A stretch of 64,000 nt of DNA. Source: an uncultured delta proteobacterium (GTDB lineage: Bacteria; Myxococcota_A; Polyangia; Polyangiales; Polyangiaceae). The position numbers and the translations under genes are program-made. Positions 63,706 through 64,000 of this stretch are shown one piece after another. The notes beneath the pieces were generated by a model. It worked only from the letters and a program-made list of their open reading frames with translations, did no database searches and had not been told where the DNA came from. Numbering within the stretch: position 1 is the stretch's first letter; every line of letters begins with the position of its first letter. The DNA lies in contig CAWAIF010000003.1 in NCBI GenBank assembly GCA_963782055.1, forward strand, positions 6,528,001-6,592,000. The letters are read 5' to 3'.

Positions 63706-64000
63706 ATGAAGGTCCTGGTCACCGGAGCGAGCGGCTTCCTCGGGAGCTGGGTGGCGGAACGCTTGACCCATCAAGGGCATGACGTCCGCGCCCTCGTCCG
63801 CAAGACATCCAACCGCAAGCACCTGGGCACCCTGCCGCGCGTCGAGCTGGCGGAGGGAAGCGTGGAGGACGCCCCGCGCGTGCGCGACGCGGTGCGCGGG
63901 GTCGACGCCATCGTCCACTGCGCGGGCCTGGTGAAGGCCCGGACGGAGGAGGATCTCCGCCGCACCAACGTGACCGGCACCCGGAACCTGATCGCCGCCG
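63706..64000 (+). CDS. NAD-dependent epimerase/dehydratase, 5' part (runs off window end)
   Basis: MKVLVTGASGFLGSWVAERL...VDAIVHCAG...NVTGTRNL. Confidence 0.9.
   Translation, partial: MKVLVTGASGFLGSWVAERLTHQGHDVRALVRKTSNRKHLGTLPRVELAEGSVEDAPRVRDAVRGVDAIVHCAGLVKARTEEDLRRTNVTGTRNLIAA

Overview
Very GC-rich bacterial chromosomal segment. Gene content (long eukaryote-like Ser/Thr kinases, MYXO-CTERM-like tails, DUF2330, an AgmX-like protein, many acidic-linker lipoproteins) points to a myxobacterium, probably Polyangiales/Sorangiineae-like; this taxonomy is inference. About 50 real CDSs, mostly housekeeping or typical myxobacterial genes: groES-groEL with a CIRCE box, a SahR-like regulator with metH, photolyase, feoAB with a Fur-type box, recD2, rplU-rpmA, GH57 branching enzyme, dapA-dapB, rsmD, truA and an HtrA protease. 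I found no rRNA, tRNA, CRISPR array, transposase, integrase or phage genes, and no obvious complete novel multi-gene system. The most notable observations: (1) at least 12 genes have a TANNNT hexamer 6-9 nt before the start codon and no Shine-Dalgarno, suggesting widespread leaderless mRNAs; (2) an orphan CrtU-like (aromatic carotenoid synthase-like) oxidoreductase is bracketed by a degenerate duplication of the neighbouring gene's 3' end; (3) two tandem DUF2330 paralogs have a homogenised 3' part and one variable segment; (4) a sugar dehydrogenase/cytochrome c lipoprotein cluster carries a 1-bp frameshift; (5) a small repeat element occurs twice, each time flanked by direct repeats; (6) a sigma54-type promoter with phased palindromes precedes a MarR gene; (7) GroEL has a His-rich tail; (8) an M29-like peptidase appears to have lost metal ligands. 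All family calls come from recognising motifs by eye, with no database search.
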